Made by a program: the position numbers and the translations under genes | Source of the DNA: Minutocellus sp. GHC0000111 | Lineage: Eukaryota | DNA length: 64,000 bases | Assembly: GCA_977018835.1 (NCBI GenBank) | Contig: OZ361257.1 | Span: 124,001-188,000, forward strand | Direction: 5' to 3' | Notes under the pieces: model-generated | What the model was told of the DNA's origin: nothing | Databases searched by the model: none | What the model saw: the letters and a program-made list of their open reading frames with translations, nothing else | In this document: piece by piece, positions 1-14,650 of the stretch | How positions within the stretch are numbered: the first letter of the stretch is position 1 | Layout of the letters: every line of letters begins with the position of its first letter

Positions 1-2693
1 TTCATGTGATGGGGATGCGAACCTCCTCGAGCATAAATGTGTTTGTTCTGAGGAACATGGTGCATCTGCTGGGGCATACTAGTATCGCCAACGGGGTCGA
101 GATGGAAGTTGGGAAATCGCCTACAGATCTTCGCCAGAATCCTCCTACCTCCTGCAGTGTTTCTCAATCCAGCACAGCTCTGACCTCCGTGTTGGGATGG
201 TAGAAGATGCGGCCGAATAGCATCGACCAATCGAGTAGCCTGAGCGTGAGTTGCTACCGAAAGAGCCCTCTGGATAACGTAATTTCCAAACGGGTCCATC
301 ATTAGCTCCCTAATTCGATCTGAATCGCTCAGTTCATCGAGGTATTGCTCCCTGACTTCATCAGTACAACGCTCAAGACACTTCTCCACCACGTTCGAAC
401 TAAATTTCTGGATTGCAAGAGAGTTGACTCGACCGACAACACTTTCACAAACGACGTGTACGTCATTATCACCACATACATCAAGAACGTATTGAATTAC
501 GTAGTTGCCGTAAGCATCTTGCATCAGCTCAAGGGCTTTCTCGACAATGCGATCCACCAAATGAGACCTTGCATCGCTAGGAGGCGAATCGAGACATCTT
601 TGAATGACGCAGCAACCGTGGCGATGACGGGCGACATCACCCACACTGGCAGCAACAGCCTCAAAGACAAAGTGGGAATGTTGCTGGGGGAGCTTCAGAA
701 GGATGCGTTGGATGACATGGTTACCATGGCTGTCAATGCACAGCCGTGCGGCAGCAGGGGAGAGGGAACGTGTCAAAATTGACGCTGATGTCTCGGTGGC
801 CTCTACCGTTTCGCTGGACGGCTTTTCCTTGTTCTTGGCAACCATGATGGGTTCGTCAGATGCACATAGTTCTACAACTTTCTGGACGCTTCGTGTTCCG
901 TGGAGGTTTAGGCTGGCGTTGACGAGTCTTGCGCTCACGCTTCGAACAAGAATGACACGTTCAGACGGAGTGATCTTCTCAAGAATTTTTTGAAAAAGGT
1001 AGGTACCAAATGGATCCACCATGGCTTCTCCCCAAAAAGATAGCCCTTCTTCAAGTATCATAGTAGCAGCCATGGGACCCTCCTCATCGAGAGCTTGCTG
1101 GAGTAAGCGGCATCCAACTTGGTCCCTGGACAAACGTCGAACATTGCCTAAAAGTTCATCAAGGGGAGGGCGCTGAGGGGCGGCATATAGAGTCGCAATC
1201 ACATCATTTTGAGTTGGCGATGCGCGTGGGGGTGGGCCACGGCTGTTGGATGGGGTTGGTCGACGAGAGTATGACATCTGGTCGTTAGAGAAAGAATGAG
1301 CACCACTGGAAGAGCCATCTCTAGCGTACGAGCGATTGTTTTCATAAGAGCTTTCGTAGATAAAATCAGGATCATCAAGGCGTCCTCGCTGGCCGCATGG
1401 GAGATTTTGTTTGCCAGAAGAGCTAAAATTTGACCCAATCCGCTGTGCGCCCCCTTGGTGATGCGCCTTTGACCTCCTAGGGTCATATTTTTTCGAATTT
1501 GGTGGAGACGGAACTTCCACATGCCCTCCTGCTGAAGCCATCATTGCTTGCGGTGGCATAGCTTGCGACTGCTGTGACATTGTGCCCGTGTTCAATGTCA
1601 CGCCCGGCATGCTCGAGGCCAAAACCACAGCAGGTTGAGATTGACCGGGAATCTGCACGACTTGCACTGGTTGAAGGACCTGGCGGCCGTCCGCAGTTGC
1701 AACAGCCATATAGAAAATCTGTTGATGCTGCTGTTGAGGGGGAAGGGCACTACCTGGCATCGAGTTTTGAATGGTGCCCACTTGGTGCGGATTTTGTTGA
1801 ACTGGGAAGAGCATGGGCATTTGGGACTTGTGCTGAGACTGAGAATCTTTTGCCGAAAAGTGTTCGTCTACCATAGGAGAGTTGGTCGATGCGGAAGGGT
1901 AGGAATCTCCTGCCATGTTGATGCTTCCAGGTTGATTGCTTTGCATGCGATGTGGTCTACCGTCAAAGTTATCTTCATTCGACGCGAGACTTACATGGCT
2001 CATGTTTCGCTGTCCGGCTAGACCGATTTCGTGGTCAAACGCAGACGATGACATGCTTCCCCTTAGCGTTTGCGAAGGAAGATGAGACTGGATTTGTGAA
2101 GGGGACAGTGACCTACTGCCTGTAGAAGCTGACGTTCCAGTGACGGATCCGTTCGGGCTAATGTCTCTTCTGCCAATTTTTGAGGAGGAGCTCTGCTGAG
2201 ATATGAAACCATATGAAGAGTTCAGACAACCTTGATTTGCTACCTGCGTCTGACCGAAATTGAGCAGGTCGTTACCAAGAGTCTGAGAGGGACTTTGAGA
2301 TAAAAATCTGACAATACTCTCTCCTCTGGATCTCTGGTGCTCAGGAGTTGTCGACCTGCCATCGGCAAGATTTTCAGAAAATGAAGAGAATCTATAATGC
2401 CAAAAAGCAGAAAAAAAGAAATAACAAAGCAGAGGTCAGGTGGTCATGTATTATGGCTGAAGTAAGGGCATTCAAATAACAGGCGCTTAGATGATCCGGA
2501 GAAACAGAACTTACCCACTGGGTCTCCCCTTCCAGTCGTAACCTTTTGGTCCGTTCGAACCTCCTGGTGCCCTATCTTTGGTAGCACTCGAGTTGGCTCC
2601 ACCATTTTCCATGTTCACAGCCGCAAGAGACATTGCCAAAGAAGACACGCCATCCTGGCATCCTTCTTCCGATTGATCCAGCGCCGACGTCAT
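1..2693 (-). CDS. Pumilio-family (PUF) RNA-binding protein, 3' end runs off the window
   Basis: Exon 1 is 2693-2515, a GT-AG intron spans 2514-2392, and exon 2 runs from 2391 to the edge in one frame. Manual translation of 1160-240 gives PUF repeats: SRDQVGCRLLQQ, HGTRSVQK, SHGNHVIQR, RHGCCVIQR, AYGNYVIQ, KFSSNVVEK, PFGNYVIQR. Confidence 0.93.
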
Positions 2694-4005
2694 TGTTTAT
2701 TGCGCGAACCGAAAATACTCTATTTGCTAATTTTTTTGTACAAATCTACAAATGATTTGAATGGAATGATATGATACATGTGTAGCGCTTCTTCTGCCGA
2801 CTGCGCCCAAAATTCAAAGGCAAATTGTTTGACAAAAGCAAAACCCTTCGACCTGCTTTAAGTCACTCGACAAGACCAAATGCACCTAATACTTCTTGCT
2901 GGTAGTTTTAGTACACAGCTGATTTCCTCCAAGGCCCAGCAGGCGACCAGAGAGGAGTTTGGAGAAGTCCGTAAGGAGGAAGTTCGGATGAGTGGTCAGG
3001 TCCGTGCCGCAAAGACCCAGGCGGACGCCAGATAACGCCTTGCCACTCGCTTCCTCTCCCCTGAGAGTGGTCGCGTTGGCGGCGGGAAAGACTCCTACGT
3101 AACGTCACAGGGGCAGTGACGTGGCCACGCGCTAGGCTACGTACGTGGATAGCCTGCGTGCTAGAGCTACGTAGACTATCGGTAGTCTCTAGCCTACTAC
3201 GTAGCTAGCTACTACAAAATGTAGCTAGCTCTAGCTAGTAGGCTACGTAGTAGCCAACCGAGTGAGCTGGTTCCACTCTACAGCTGGGTCCCCAGCCGTA
3301 GAGCTACGTAGCTACTACTAGTACTAGTAGTAGGCCTACTACTACAGGTAGAAGTACGTACTAGTAAGCACGTAGTAGTACTACCAACTACGGGTATCGG
3401 TAGATCGATTGGCTACAAGTTGTAGCGTCTTTCCGTCACCCGTCTCAGTTTTGTGATGCACAACTTGTGCCAATGTTGGCCATGGCACTCATCCAAGCAG
3501 CGGTATCTACCGCCGCCTCATTCATTTGCCATGCATATCACTGACATTTGCGATATCATGTGATTCTCCTCTCGTATTCATTGCCGCGTGGAGGCGTTCC
3601 GCGCGCTTTTCCGGCTATTGGCGCTCGAGCGCCACTCGCGAGCTATCGGAGATCGCCGCCTCGCCTCGATAGCGTTCCGCCAACGCCTTGCCGCACGGCG
3701 CAAGCAAGCTGAGGCGATGATGAGCCTCGCAACGACCAACAGGGTCCAGCAGCCAGGCAACCATAACGGCGCCAATGACACGGTAAGTCCACTCTGCACG
3801 AAGCTATATTAACGATAATGATGACTGACATTGCCCACGGCATTGATTGGTAGTACTGGATGGTCCTCCGTTGGCCTCTGCTGATGTGCTGCCGGCGCCG
3901 CGGTGGATACGATTTCTCACGACGCGGGGAGATCATGATGATGATGTCCTTGGCTGGTCAAGCAAGTGGGGCGACCGTTCTCTCCTCAGTTTGCAAATTG
4001 GTGGT

Positions 4006-4248
<243 letters not shown>

Positions 4249-4454
4249 GATCTACATGTTGACATGAATCGCTAGACTCTACCTGAAGATCCGATGCTCT
4301 GACACATGTAGAGTCTGCATGTAATGACGGATTGTTCTCACGTCATTCGAGTCAAGAAATAGTCACTACGAGCAATTTAGAGGCTTTAGAAGTACATGTA
4401 GACATGAAAAGCAGCACTAGATTTACTAGCTACATGTAGATAGACTCTAGATTC

Positions 4455-4646
4455 TAGAATAAGCATACATACAACATGTATCCATCCTGGAGCTGAGTTC
4501 TCAATATGCTTATTTTGGAATGCAGAAATTAGGGTTTTTATGCTGATGAAATACCAATTGGTTCTTACAGTAAACAATATGCCGAAAATCTGAGGTCTGT
4601 CTCAAACAAGCATATCAAATATGCTTATTGGTGTACACGGACTGCA
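4455..4646 (+). mobile_element. Degenerate MITE of the CAGTCCGTCCCC family
   Basis: Matches the 46679-46866 copy (AATAAGCAT..TCC(A)TCCTGGAGCTGAG..AATCTGAGGTCT..CAAACAAGCATATCAAATATGCTTATT..ACGGACTG). The right flank reads CA instead of TA. Confidence 0.7.
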
Positions 4647-5034
4647 CCGTAGATCTACCGGTATGGCTTTGCTTGTAGAGCTAGCTAGATCTACATGTAT
4701 CTGAAACTGTGATCCGTATTGTTCTTTTTGCTTCACTTAGAGGAGGATCTACCATCGCCTGACTACATGTACATCTAGATTCTACATAGATCTAGACTGC
4801 TACTCTACCGACCGGTAGATCTAGATCTATGTCGATCTGATATAAAAACGATTGTGTAGGATTCTCATACATCAAAGAATGCCGCTAGACTAGATCTAGA
4901 TCTATCGATAGACAAACATGACACACGATCTCTTTTAAAATAGATCTAGATCTAAGTCAACGGGTTGAGGCAAAATGTCATAAACAACGAAAAACATAAA
5001 TTGAGACCAAGTAGAGCAGGCACGAACGAACCAA

Positions 5035-7087
5035 TCACTTGAACTCTGCCTGAGAAATGTTCAACAAGTCAGCATGAATGATCAGTTGCGGGTCAACTTC
5101 TCCACCAGAGTCCTCATCCATGAAGCTTGCCTCGCGCATTCGACGCCTTGCTTCCTGCTTGGCTCCAGCAAGTAGCATTTCACTAACCCGCCCATTCCGT
5201 TCACTTCTCCATAGTGCGGTCGTTTCATCCTCCAACAGTTTGCCGATCACATCAACTGTCAGGGATTCCTCGAGATCAAAACCCTTTGCATGAGCTAGAT
5301 CCACAAAAAAAATTTGCGAGCTCAATGCAGGAGTAGTCGGGAAACTCAAACGTCAGAGGAAAACACTTCCGAAGGTCGTTTTGAGCATGAAGGAATCGGT
5401 GCATTTCCACAGGGAAACCAGCAAGTATGATCAAGGGAAGGTTGTTGTCACCAGACCCATTAGTTGACGCGTCGATGCTCGCGATAATTTCATTGATTGC
5501 ATCCGCACCATAGTTTCGCTTTGATCCGGCCCCAAGCATGTTTGCTTCGTCAATGAAAAGAATGCCACCTCGTGCCTCTTCCAGCACCTCTTGAGTCTTG
5601 GCAATGGTTGCGTGCTTGTCACGGGCTACCAAATCCATTCTTTCTACCTCTAGAAACTTAGGTTTGCGGAGGATGCCAAGCTCATGGTACGCCTTTGCAA
5701 GGAGGCGAGCAACAGCTGATTTTCCACTGCCTGGGTTCCCAACAAAAACCATGTGAGATGCACGAGGCCGACTCGAGTCGTCAGATAAGGCAGACAGAAC
5801 AAGAGCTTGGTTGGATCCAAGACCACTCAGACCGCGCCTGCCTTGAAGCACGTGAGGGAGAAGACTTTCCCGAAGGTCACAGATTTCAGTGGTTCGGCGA
5901 AGTCCACGCACCTACGTATGAAGGGGGTATCAATAACCAGAGGAGAGACATGATTCTGAGATGAATGTTTTCCAGTCTCCGTCCGACGGAGGAACCACGA
6001 AGTTGAAAAAAACTATCTCACCTGGCTTTTAATGTGATCTAGGCCAACAATGGAAGAAAGAAGATCCTCAACTCGATCGCGAGGACCAGAGGACATCCCA
6101 GAGCTTGTCTCTGCCATGCGTTCTCCCTTGCTGTCTCGCACAACACAAGCTGTCCTTCGCTTTACGGTGTCAAGGATGATAGCCTCTGCCTCAGTCTGAC
6201 CCCTTTTCCCACCAACCCTCCCAGATAGTGCAGTCTCATCTGTGATACTGCTGCTCAGCGCTATCTCGAGCTCATTAGGGTCAACCCCAGCTGCGTAAAG
6301 AGCGTGAGGAAAACGGTCGGCAAGGCGACGGACGGCTGAAACGGCGTCAGACAGATCCTGTGCCTGTCTCGTCGACGCTTCTCGAAGAGAGGTGAGCTTA
6401 CACTCGAGAGCGATGGCACGCTCGCCAAGCTTTTCTGTCTTTTGGCGCTGCGACATTTCTGGTGGTGGAGGACGTCCCTCAAGCATTGCGACAACCGTCT
6501 CGCTCGCAGATTCGTCCGCAAGGGCTAAATCGAGGGGAGTCATGCCATCATCGTTTTGTAGGTGCAGAGCGTCTGGGTATGAATCAATGAGAAGACGAAC
6601 AACCTCAGGTGATGCCTGGTTACTTGCCGCCATGTGAAGGGGGAGAGAACCATATTGATTGCGAACCGTCGCACCTTCGGGATAGCGAGAAAGAAGGAGC
6701 TCTACCGTTTCGACGGGGACCTGCCACATGGCAGCTTGGTGAATAGGAAGATTCCCAGCTGAGTTAGGCTGGGATGCTCCACCGGGATACGTCCGCGACA
6801 AGGCCTCAATCACCTCCTGGTTTGCTTGAAATGAGCATGCTGCATGAAGAGGTAGGTTTCCACGCTCGTTGAGCCGAGAAGCTTCCTCTGAGAAGTTCGG
6901 TTGCTAAGAGTAATCAACAAAGTGCAAGTAGTAGAGACAGAAGGGAACAGTGGAAAAATTAGCGCTGCTTCAATAAAATAAAGCATTGACCCGATGAAAA
7001 ATGTTAAGATTTCATAAAACGAACCTTGCTACGGCTCAAAAGGGCACCGAAACCTTTGCATAACTCATGGAGAGTTGTATCAGACAT
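5035..7087 (-). CDS. Ankyrin-repeat + CbbX/SpoVK-type AAA+ ATPase, one frameshift near 5305
   Basis: Exons 7087-7025, 6903-6022 and 5911-5035. Ankyrin motifs GNLPLHAA, GNLPIHQA, GSLPLHMA, GMTPLDLA; Walker A GNPGSGKS; Walker B ILFIDEA; FEFPDYS. The frame switches inside an A8 run at ~5305-5312. Confidence 0.88.
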
Positions 7088-7229
7088 GATTATCGTTTTG
7101 CGAGAAGACTCAAAAACTGAACTGTTACAAATTGGAAAAAATGTAGCCTACCTACAGGTTGTAAATAGGAACTTCTGTACGTAAGGGCACAAGCACGGAC
7201 TACAAAGAAAGTTCACTTTTCTTCCAATG

Positions 7230-7665
7230 ATCAGAGCTTGCGATGAGTGAATTGTTTGGCGAGAAGGATGGTATGTACGGGTCCCATCTTTCGCAGGATG
7301 ATAGTTGTACCATTGGAGAACACAATCACATGCGGCGAATCGATGGGGACACCCGACGACGAGCATGATAATTTCTGCCAAGAAGGCGGTGTCATCGTCG
7401 TCCAAATCTTGCAGAGTACGACATTTATTTGGAGCCCTGGAATGAGTGCATTGTTTGGCGAGAAGGATGGTATGCACGGGTCCCATCTTTCGCAGGATGA
7501 TAGTTGTACCATTGGAGAACACAATCATATGCGGCGAATCGATGGGGACACCCGACGACGAGCATGATAATTTCTGCCAAGAAGGCGGTGTCATCGTCGT
7601 CCAAATCTTGCAGCAGAGTGCGACATTTATTTGGAGCCCTGGAATGAGTGAATTGTTTGGCAAGG
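7230..7665 (-). repeat. ~203-bp tandem repeat, ~2 units, inverted relative to the 62-64 kb array
   Basis: Reverse complement of the unit at 62020-64000. Confidence 0.95.
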
Positions 7666-8920
7666 CCGATTGGTTCATCCAAATTTTCATCTGGTCTGGA
7701 AAATTATCACCTGGAGAGTGCCCCCCTTTCTAGATCTACATGTACTGGTGGATTTTCCGGTAGCTAGCTGCCTCTTTGTAGATTCAGAGCATAGAGATTG
7801 AATGTCCTTGCATGTGCATGTAGATCTAGATCTACCGGGTACATGCAAATATAAATGTTTATAGGCACCTTACGTACCGGTAGATCTAATTTGGGTGCTA
7901 CGACGAAAAGCAATTCCGAGGCTTGGAATTCCTAGATTCAGATCTAGATCTACAACAGGAGTGGCCCTCAATATCACTGCAGCATGCAGCAATCACTACG
8001 AGTAGATCTAGATCTAGAAGAAGTCCCAACGCCTGGAGAGATCGTCACCTCGAGTAGATCTACATGTACTGACCTCCACCTCACCCTCACTCAATCTTAC
8101 CCTACAATGTTTACAATTGCGATTTTTTCGTTTATGTTATTGATATTCGTTCTTACTGATGCAAATGAGGCTACCTATTCAATTGAATTTGGTTCTAACT
8201 TTTCACTATGATAGATAGATTTAAGCTACATTCAGCGGGATGACCACCACCACCAGAAGAAGTTTGTGCGGTGAATTGCCTTCTTGACCCTATTGATCTT
8301 GCCCTTAAAGATGACAATTCGATAAACGTTTACATGTATACGTAGATCTAGATCTACATGTAGACATTCTTTGCTGATTTGTAATATGTAGATTCTACTT
8401 TCATAGAGTCGATTTGTTCCAGCCAAAAATCCTAATGCTTGGCGAGATCGAGACTTGAGTAGTAGTTGGTCCTCCTATTGATGATACATGTACCATGTGA
8501 TTTACATGTACATGTACAACAACATGCACATGTATGTGAAATTGTGATGTGAGCTCTTGCTCATGCAAGTGCGGCTACCTAGATCTCTTTCGAGTTGGGT
8601 TCTATTACTGTAGATAGATTAAAGCTATACTTAGCGGGACGACACCACCACCATCACACAGTCCGTACGGTACATGTAGATCTAGATCTAGACTCTACAC
8701 ATGTCATGTTGTTGTGCCTGCCACCAACAGCGGTACGATTATTGTGAACGTTCACAAGAAACGTACCTAAATCCTGTACCTAGGTATTGTAGGTACTTCC
8801 GTACTCCTACTAGCTCCGTAACGTAGTTACGTAGCTACGCCAACCATTGGGAGAAGAGAAGTAGTTACGCTTCTCCGAACGACCAACTCCCACAACCAAC
8901 CGACCGACCAACGTGCGATC

Positions 8921-11900
8921 ATGGAGAAGGGCGCTCATGTTTGGGCGATCGACAGTGAGGGTGACGATGCTTGGATTCTATATGAGGTTCTGAGCAAAAC
9001 GGACACAGAGTTGAAGCTGCAGCAGCTTGATAAGGATTCCAATGTTTTCAGCCGTGCTCGGGTCGATTCCAAGCCTTCCGCTGGGGCACACGAAGAGAAT
9101 GTGGAGATTCGCTACGATGGTGTAGAGCTGGCCAATGCCAAACTCTCAGAGGCTGATCGCGCGGAGGGAAGGGATGATGATCTCATCACACTGCCGCATC
9201 TTCATGAGCCGGCTGTTCTGCATGCTATTCACGAGAGGTTTACGACGCATGGCAAAATTTACACCTGGACTGGCCCCGTTTTGATCGCTGTCAACCCTTT
9301 CCAACGGCTACCTCTGTATACAAATGTGAGTTTGGTAACTTTTCAAAGAGAGCCTCATCGGATAGATTTATTGATGATTTTTTGGGGAAGCATAGTGCAT
9401 TTAGCTTGCTTTGGCTCGGCGCACTTCATTTTTCTTCGATTCATTCTTTTCTCTCCAATGACAACTGTAACTGCCAGGAAATTCTGGAGAGCTATCGTCA
9501 GGAGGGACTACTCAGATCCCAAAACATTGGCAGCTCGTCGGGGGGGCAGCTTGGTCCTCACGTATACTCCATTGCCGACCGTTCGTACCGTCAAATGATG
9601 TCGGACAAGCGGACTTCGCAGTCTATCCTCATCTCGGGAGAATCCGGAGCAGGGAAGACGGAGTCAACAAAAATTGTCATGCTGTACCTCACAACGTTGG
9701 GGTCATCTCATCATCAAGTAAAAGGCGACGATGCCGCTGACAACGGTGCATCATCAGGCCGTGCATCTCTCAACGACATGTCCATCATGGAAAGAGTCCT
9801 CCAATCGAACCCAATCCTCGAAGCTTTTGGCAATGCCCGTACACTCCGTAATGATAACTCTTCGAGATTTGGAAAGTTCATCGAATTGGGCTTCAGCCGA
9901 GGAGGTTCCCTTCTCGGTGCGAAAGTGCAGACCTACCTCCTCGAAAAGGTTCGGGTTGGATTCCATGCCTCTGGCGAAAGAAACTATCACATCTTCTATC
10001 AACTTCTTCGTGGAATGACCGAGGAACAAAAGAAGCAATATGGTTTTCACGATGGAGAAACCCACGGCTTGGAGCTTGCAAATCACTACCACATGACCGG
10101 CCAGGGCGGTGCTCCGCAGCTTCGAGAGTTCACCGACGAGGAGGGATTGAAGTACACCCTCAAGGCCATGAATGCCCTTGGATGGACAGAGAATAAGATC
10201 GAGGAAGTATTGAAGCTTGTTGCTGGTCTCATCCATTTGGGGCAGATTAACTTTGACTCGACAGAAAGTGAGGGTGGACAGGAAGTGTCGTTGATTCAGG
10301 ACGAGAACGTTCTTCGGAATGCCGCGGCAATGCTCGACGTCGACACCGATAAGCTCGAAGCCGCGCTAACGGAGCGTCTCATGATTACTCGCGGCGAGGG
10401 CATCACCATCCAATTGAGTCCCGAGCGAGCCGTTGAAGCACGAGATGCGTTAGCAAAGACCATGTACGGCTCCCTGTTCCTTTGGGTGGTCAATGAGGTA
10501 AATGGATGCATAGGGTGGGAAGATGATAGAGCCGTGCGATCATCTGTAGGTGTTTTGGATATTTTTGGTTTCGAATGTTTCGCCGTCAACTCGTTTGAAC
10601 AGCTCTGTATCAACTTCACCAACGAGGCCCTCCAGCAGCAATTCAATAAGTTTATCTTCAAGATGGAACAGGCAGAATATGAGGCGGAGAAAATTTCGTG
10701 GGAGTTCATCGAATTCCCCGACAACCAAGACTGCCTCGATACAATTCAGTCGAAGCCGAGCGGCATCCTTACAATGCTTGATGACGAATGTAGATTACCC
10801 AAGGGCAGCGATAGAAATTGGGCAAATCGGCTGTACAAACAGTACATTCCCAATACTGGTCAAACCGAATCGGAGAATGCGCGCTTCCTTGCTACGCCCG
10901 TCCAAAAGTCGAGGGCAATTTTTTGCGTCCGTCACTTTGCCGGTGTCGTCCAGTACATGGCTGAAACTGGCTTCCTCGAGAAAAATAAGGATAAAATGCC
11001 GCTGATGGCACAGAATCTGTTCGAGACCGCGCCGAGTCACCTCGTCAAGAGTATGTATAATATCCAGAAGATGGAATTTGAAGAGAAGAGCGGGAAGGCC
11101 AAGGAAGGAACCGCGAAGGGGAAACCCTCAAAGGCCAAAACAGTCGGGATGCAATTCAAGGAGCAGCTAAAAAATCTCATGGCGAAGGTCGAGACAACTG
11201 AGCCCCATTGTGTTCGCTGTCTCAAGCCAAATGACGCCGCCAAGCCAAAGATGCTCACTAGACAAAGGCTGACAGAACAGCTGCGATATGGTGGTGTCCT
11301 TGAAGCCGTTCGGGTAGCTAGAATGGGCTTTCCCGTACGTCTCCCACATGATGCGTTTTTCCAGAGGCACCGAATGCTACTTCCGTCCACTCCGGAAAAT
11401 TTGTTGCCCTGGAGCATGGAGAAGGTACCACCTCAAGACTTGTGCATTCGACTTGTTGATCTTTTGCTTGAAGAGGGGCAAAGGCAGAAGACCGAGGGAT
11501 CGGGTTCGTGGAAAGAAGACGAAATTGGTCGATCGGAACGGATCCGTAGAATGCAGAAAGCCCCCCTCCCTATCGCCTTTCCGAAGATGGACGTGCAGCT
11601 AGGTCTGACGAAAGTCTTCATGAGGAAGCCTCCCCACGACGCTCTTGAGGCACATAGTATTTTTCACCAGAACACTGCGGCGATTTTCTTACAGTCTTGG
11701 ATTCGCGGGATGCAGCAACGCAGGCGATTTCAAATAATGGGCGAGGCTGCACTGACAATTCAGCGCTTCTACCGTGGATGTGTTGGCCGTGCGAGGTAGG
11801 TCTCTCTTTGTTTTGGATTTCTTGCCCTCTATTTCAGTGTTGCATCTGTTTTTGTCCTCTCAACTTTTTGTGACTGTAACTTCGACATGCATAGGTGGTG

Positions 11901-14650
11901 GAAACTTCGTGAAGCGGATGCAAGCGATCTTCTTACAAAAGCGCTTCGAATGCTGTTGTGTCGAAGGCGACACAAGCGCATGAAAGAAGGAGCCATCCAA
12001 TACCAGTCGCTTTATCGTGGACATGCAACGAGGAGGGTCTTAGCAGCAACGAAAATCCAGACTCGGGTTCGAATGGCGAAGCAACATGGAGCATGCCGCA
12101 AGCTCCAATCTGCAACCATAGCCCTTCAGTGCGCCCTTCGAATGCGTGTTGCGCGGAAGGCTTTGTTAGATTTGAAGCATGAGCAGAAGGACATCGGCAA
12201 GCTTCAAGCTAACAACGAAAAGCTAAAGATGGAAATGGCGAGCCTCAAGGCAATGCTTCAAGCACAGACGCAGGGAGACAAGAACAAAGAGGAAAGCGAG
12301 AAGGCGATAAAGCAGAAACAAATGCAGATAGGCATTTTAGAGGCAAGAATCAAGCAGCTTGAAGAAGAGCTGGAAAAGGAGAGAAAGGTCGTGAAGAAGC
12401 TTGAGGAGTCAGTGCATGCCCAAACAGTTCAGGCTGAGCGGCAGCTCGAAGAGATTCACAATCTTCGTCGGCACCAACGTTCCCTGTCATCAAGTTCGGC
12501 CCATGAATTGGAGCGTCGCCAGCACAAAGAGCCAATCGCATCGAAGTTTGACTCATCGTCGAATCTTGATGCCGTGTCAATGGATCAAGTTGCCGAGCAG
12601 CAGGCCCTTGTTGCCAAGCTCGAGGATGAGCTCAAAGCTGAAAGGCGTTTTCGTCGAGAGGCCGATGGAGAGATCATCAAATTGCGCGCGCAGATGAGCG
12701 GGGTCCCTCTCAATGATTCTGATGTTGATGCTCTTGTATCGCAAAAGCTGGATCAAAAAGAGGCCGACTCCCAGCTTGTTGAAAAAAGGCAAGAGCATAG
12801 GTGAGAAATTAGCGTCTCACATAGGAATTTGTACCTTGCAGCCTGTGCTCAGCAACATCACTCACCCCCTACTTTTTTCTTTCTTTCAAACCGCCACCTC
12901 ATTGACCATTAATTGCACTGTTTTCCTTTTCCTTTTTCCTTTCCTTGTGCTGTTGTTTTCCCTTGGCTCCTTGCTGTACCGCCGCTCAATGACACGGCTC
13001 TTGATGATCTGGTTGGAACATCAGCAGTGCACGATTACTGAACAACAGGCATTTATCTAATTCTTGAAAGTGCTTTTGTAAAGGGCTCTATGTAGTAATA
13101 TTTTCTAATGTATGACCACCCTCCCCCCTCCCCACCACTCTGTCACTTTGCCACCCCCCCCCCCACACACACACACACCACACACTTTCGTGTCCCTACT
13201 TCATCTTTTCTTTCTTTCCTTTATCCTTTCTCCAAATGATCATCTGCAGAAACAAGACAGAAACACCACCCGAAGTCACGGGCACAGAAGTAACAAAGGA
13301 CGACAAAATTGTCCAGCGGTCTCCGAGCGAGTACTTCCCCTTGATCAGAAGAGGCTTTGCTAGCGAAAAAGAGGCAGGCAAGGAAGAAGAGCAGGTTGTC
13401 ATGTCTGGTTGGCAAAGGGAAGTGTCAAACAGGAAGGAGCGGGAAGAGGCACTGCGGGAGGAGGTAAACCAATTCGAATCGAAAGCTCAAAGGTTCACAA
13501 GAATCATGGAAGATGGTGTAGATGTCACAATGTGGCAATTGAATCGTAATGCCGGTCTTGGTCCAGAGGAAACGAGCGATGAATTTGTCCTCAAATCTAC
13601 GGCTGTCCACGTAAAGCTTCACAGAAGAGGTGATCTTCTTGTCCAGGCCGTCCTTAGTTTCAGTGCTAGGGGTGGATACTTGAGCAAGGCCTTGGGAAGA
13701 AAAAAAGGTGCGAGCAATCAATGTGGTGATGCTCTGTGTGAATATTTTCCTTTGATTATTTGCTCACGATTAGTTTGTCTGCGCATTTTTTTTAAATGTT
13801 TCAGGAGATGCATCATCCCTTGAACCTCTACCCATCCACGAAATTCTTTCGGTTAGGGCTGGCTGTGTTGGTTATGATCAATCTCTGTTGCCCAGTGCCA
13901 GTAAAAGCAAGTCAAAGGGGAAGGGATCGGATAACAAGCACTCAAGTCTCTTCCTCACTGTTGGGGCCACACAAACACCCATGGCAACTTCCAGGGTGTT
14001 CTTTCTTCGCTTCAAATCAAGGGCTGCACGTAACAATCTAATGATGGGTCTGCGAGGCCTTCTTGCGGACATGAAGGTCCACGAAGGAGTCAGCATATCC
14101 AGCATTCACATGCCACGCACCGACAGTGTTCAATCCCGTCGGAGACTGCTCGGTGGAAAGGCTGCCGAACACAGTCATGAGGAGGAAATTGCGACGACAA
14201 TCGAAATGGATCCCGCTGAACACGCTGATGTCATGATACCGCTAATTGATGTCCATTATCTCATCAACAAGGAGCGGGAGGCATGCGATCGCCTCCTTTT
14301 GATGATGCTCCAAGGATCAGCCGATCTTAAGGACAAAGAAGACGAGGAAATGGCTCTCCGTGAAAAGCTTGAGGAGGCTCTAGTGGAGAGTTTTGAGAAA
14401 GACCGAGTTGCAGCAAACGACAGTAAATTGATCATGCAGCTTTCGAAAAAGTTGGAAACTCTCCTCATGGACAACGAGGACTTACGGTAAGTTGTTCCAA
14501 CCATGAGACAATTTTCTTTCTCATCTTTACGAACATTGGCTGACGCTCTTTTTCATGTTTACTTCCTCTAATGTCAGTGACCAAAATGATCGCTTGAATA
14601 CGCGACTCGTGGTGTTGGAGTGTAGCCAGCTTGAGAACATGAATTCTTAG
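8921..14650 (+). CDS. Myosin heavy chain (motor, IQ motifs, coiled coil, PH-like tail)
   Basis: P-loop GESGAGKT, NPILEAFGNARTLRNDNSSRFGK, DIFGFE, IQ motifs (IQRFYRG, YQSLYRG). Exons approximately 8921-9325, 9478-11795, 11895-12800, 13250-13707, 13805-14486, 14578-14650, with compatible intron phases. Confidence 0.95.

Noticed and set aside
345..993. Plus-strand ORFs of 145 and 96 aa
   Set aside because: They are antisense shadows of the Pumilio exon; the same applies to most short ORFs overlapping the main genes.
5035..7087. Ankyrin-CbbX/SpoVK fusion as a novelty
   Set aside because: This architecture is already known from plants and algae.
8169..8655. Degenerate ~85-bp direct repeat suggesting LTRs
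   Set aside because: No TG..CA ends, PBS, PPT or internal coding sequence; more likely two copies of a small dispersed repeat.
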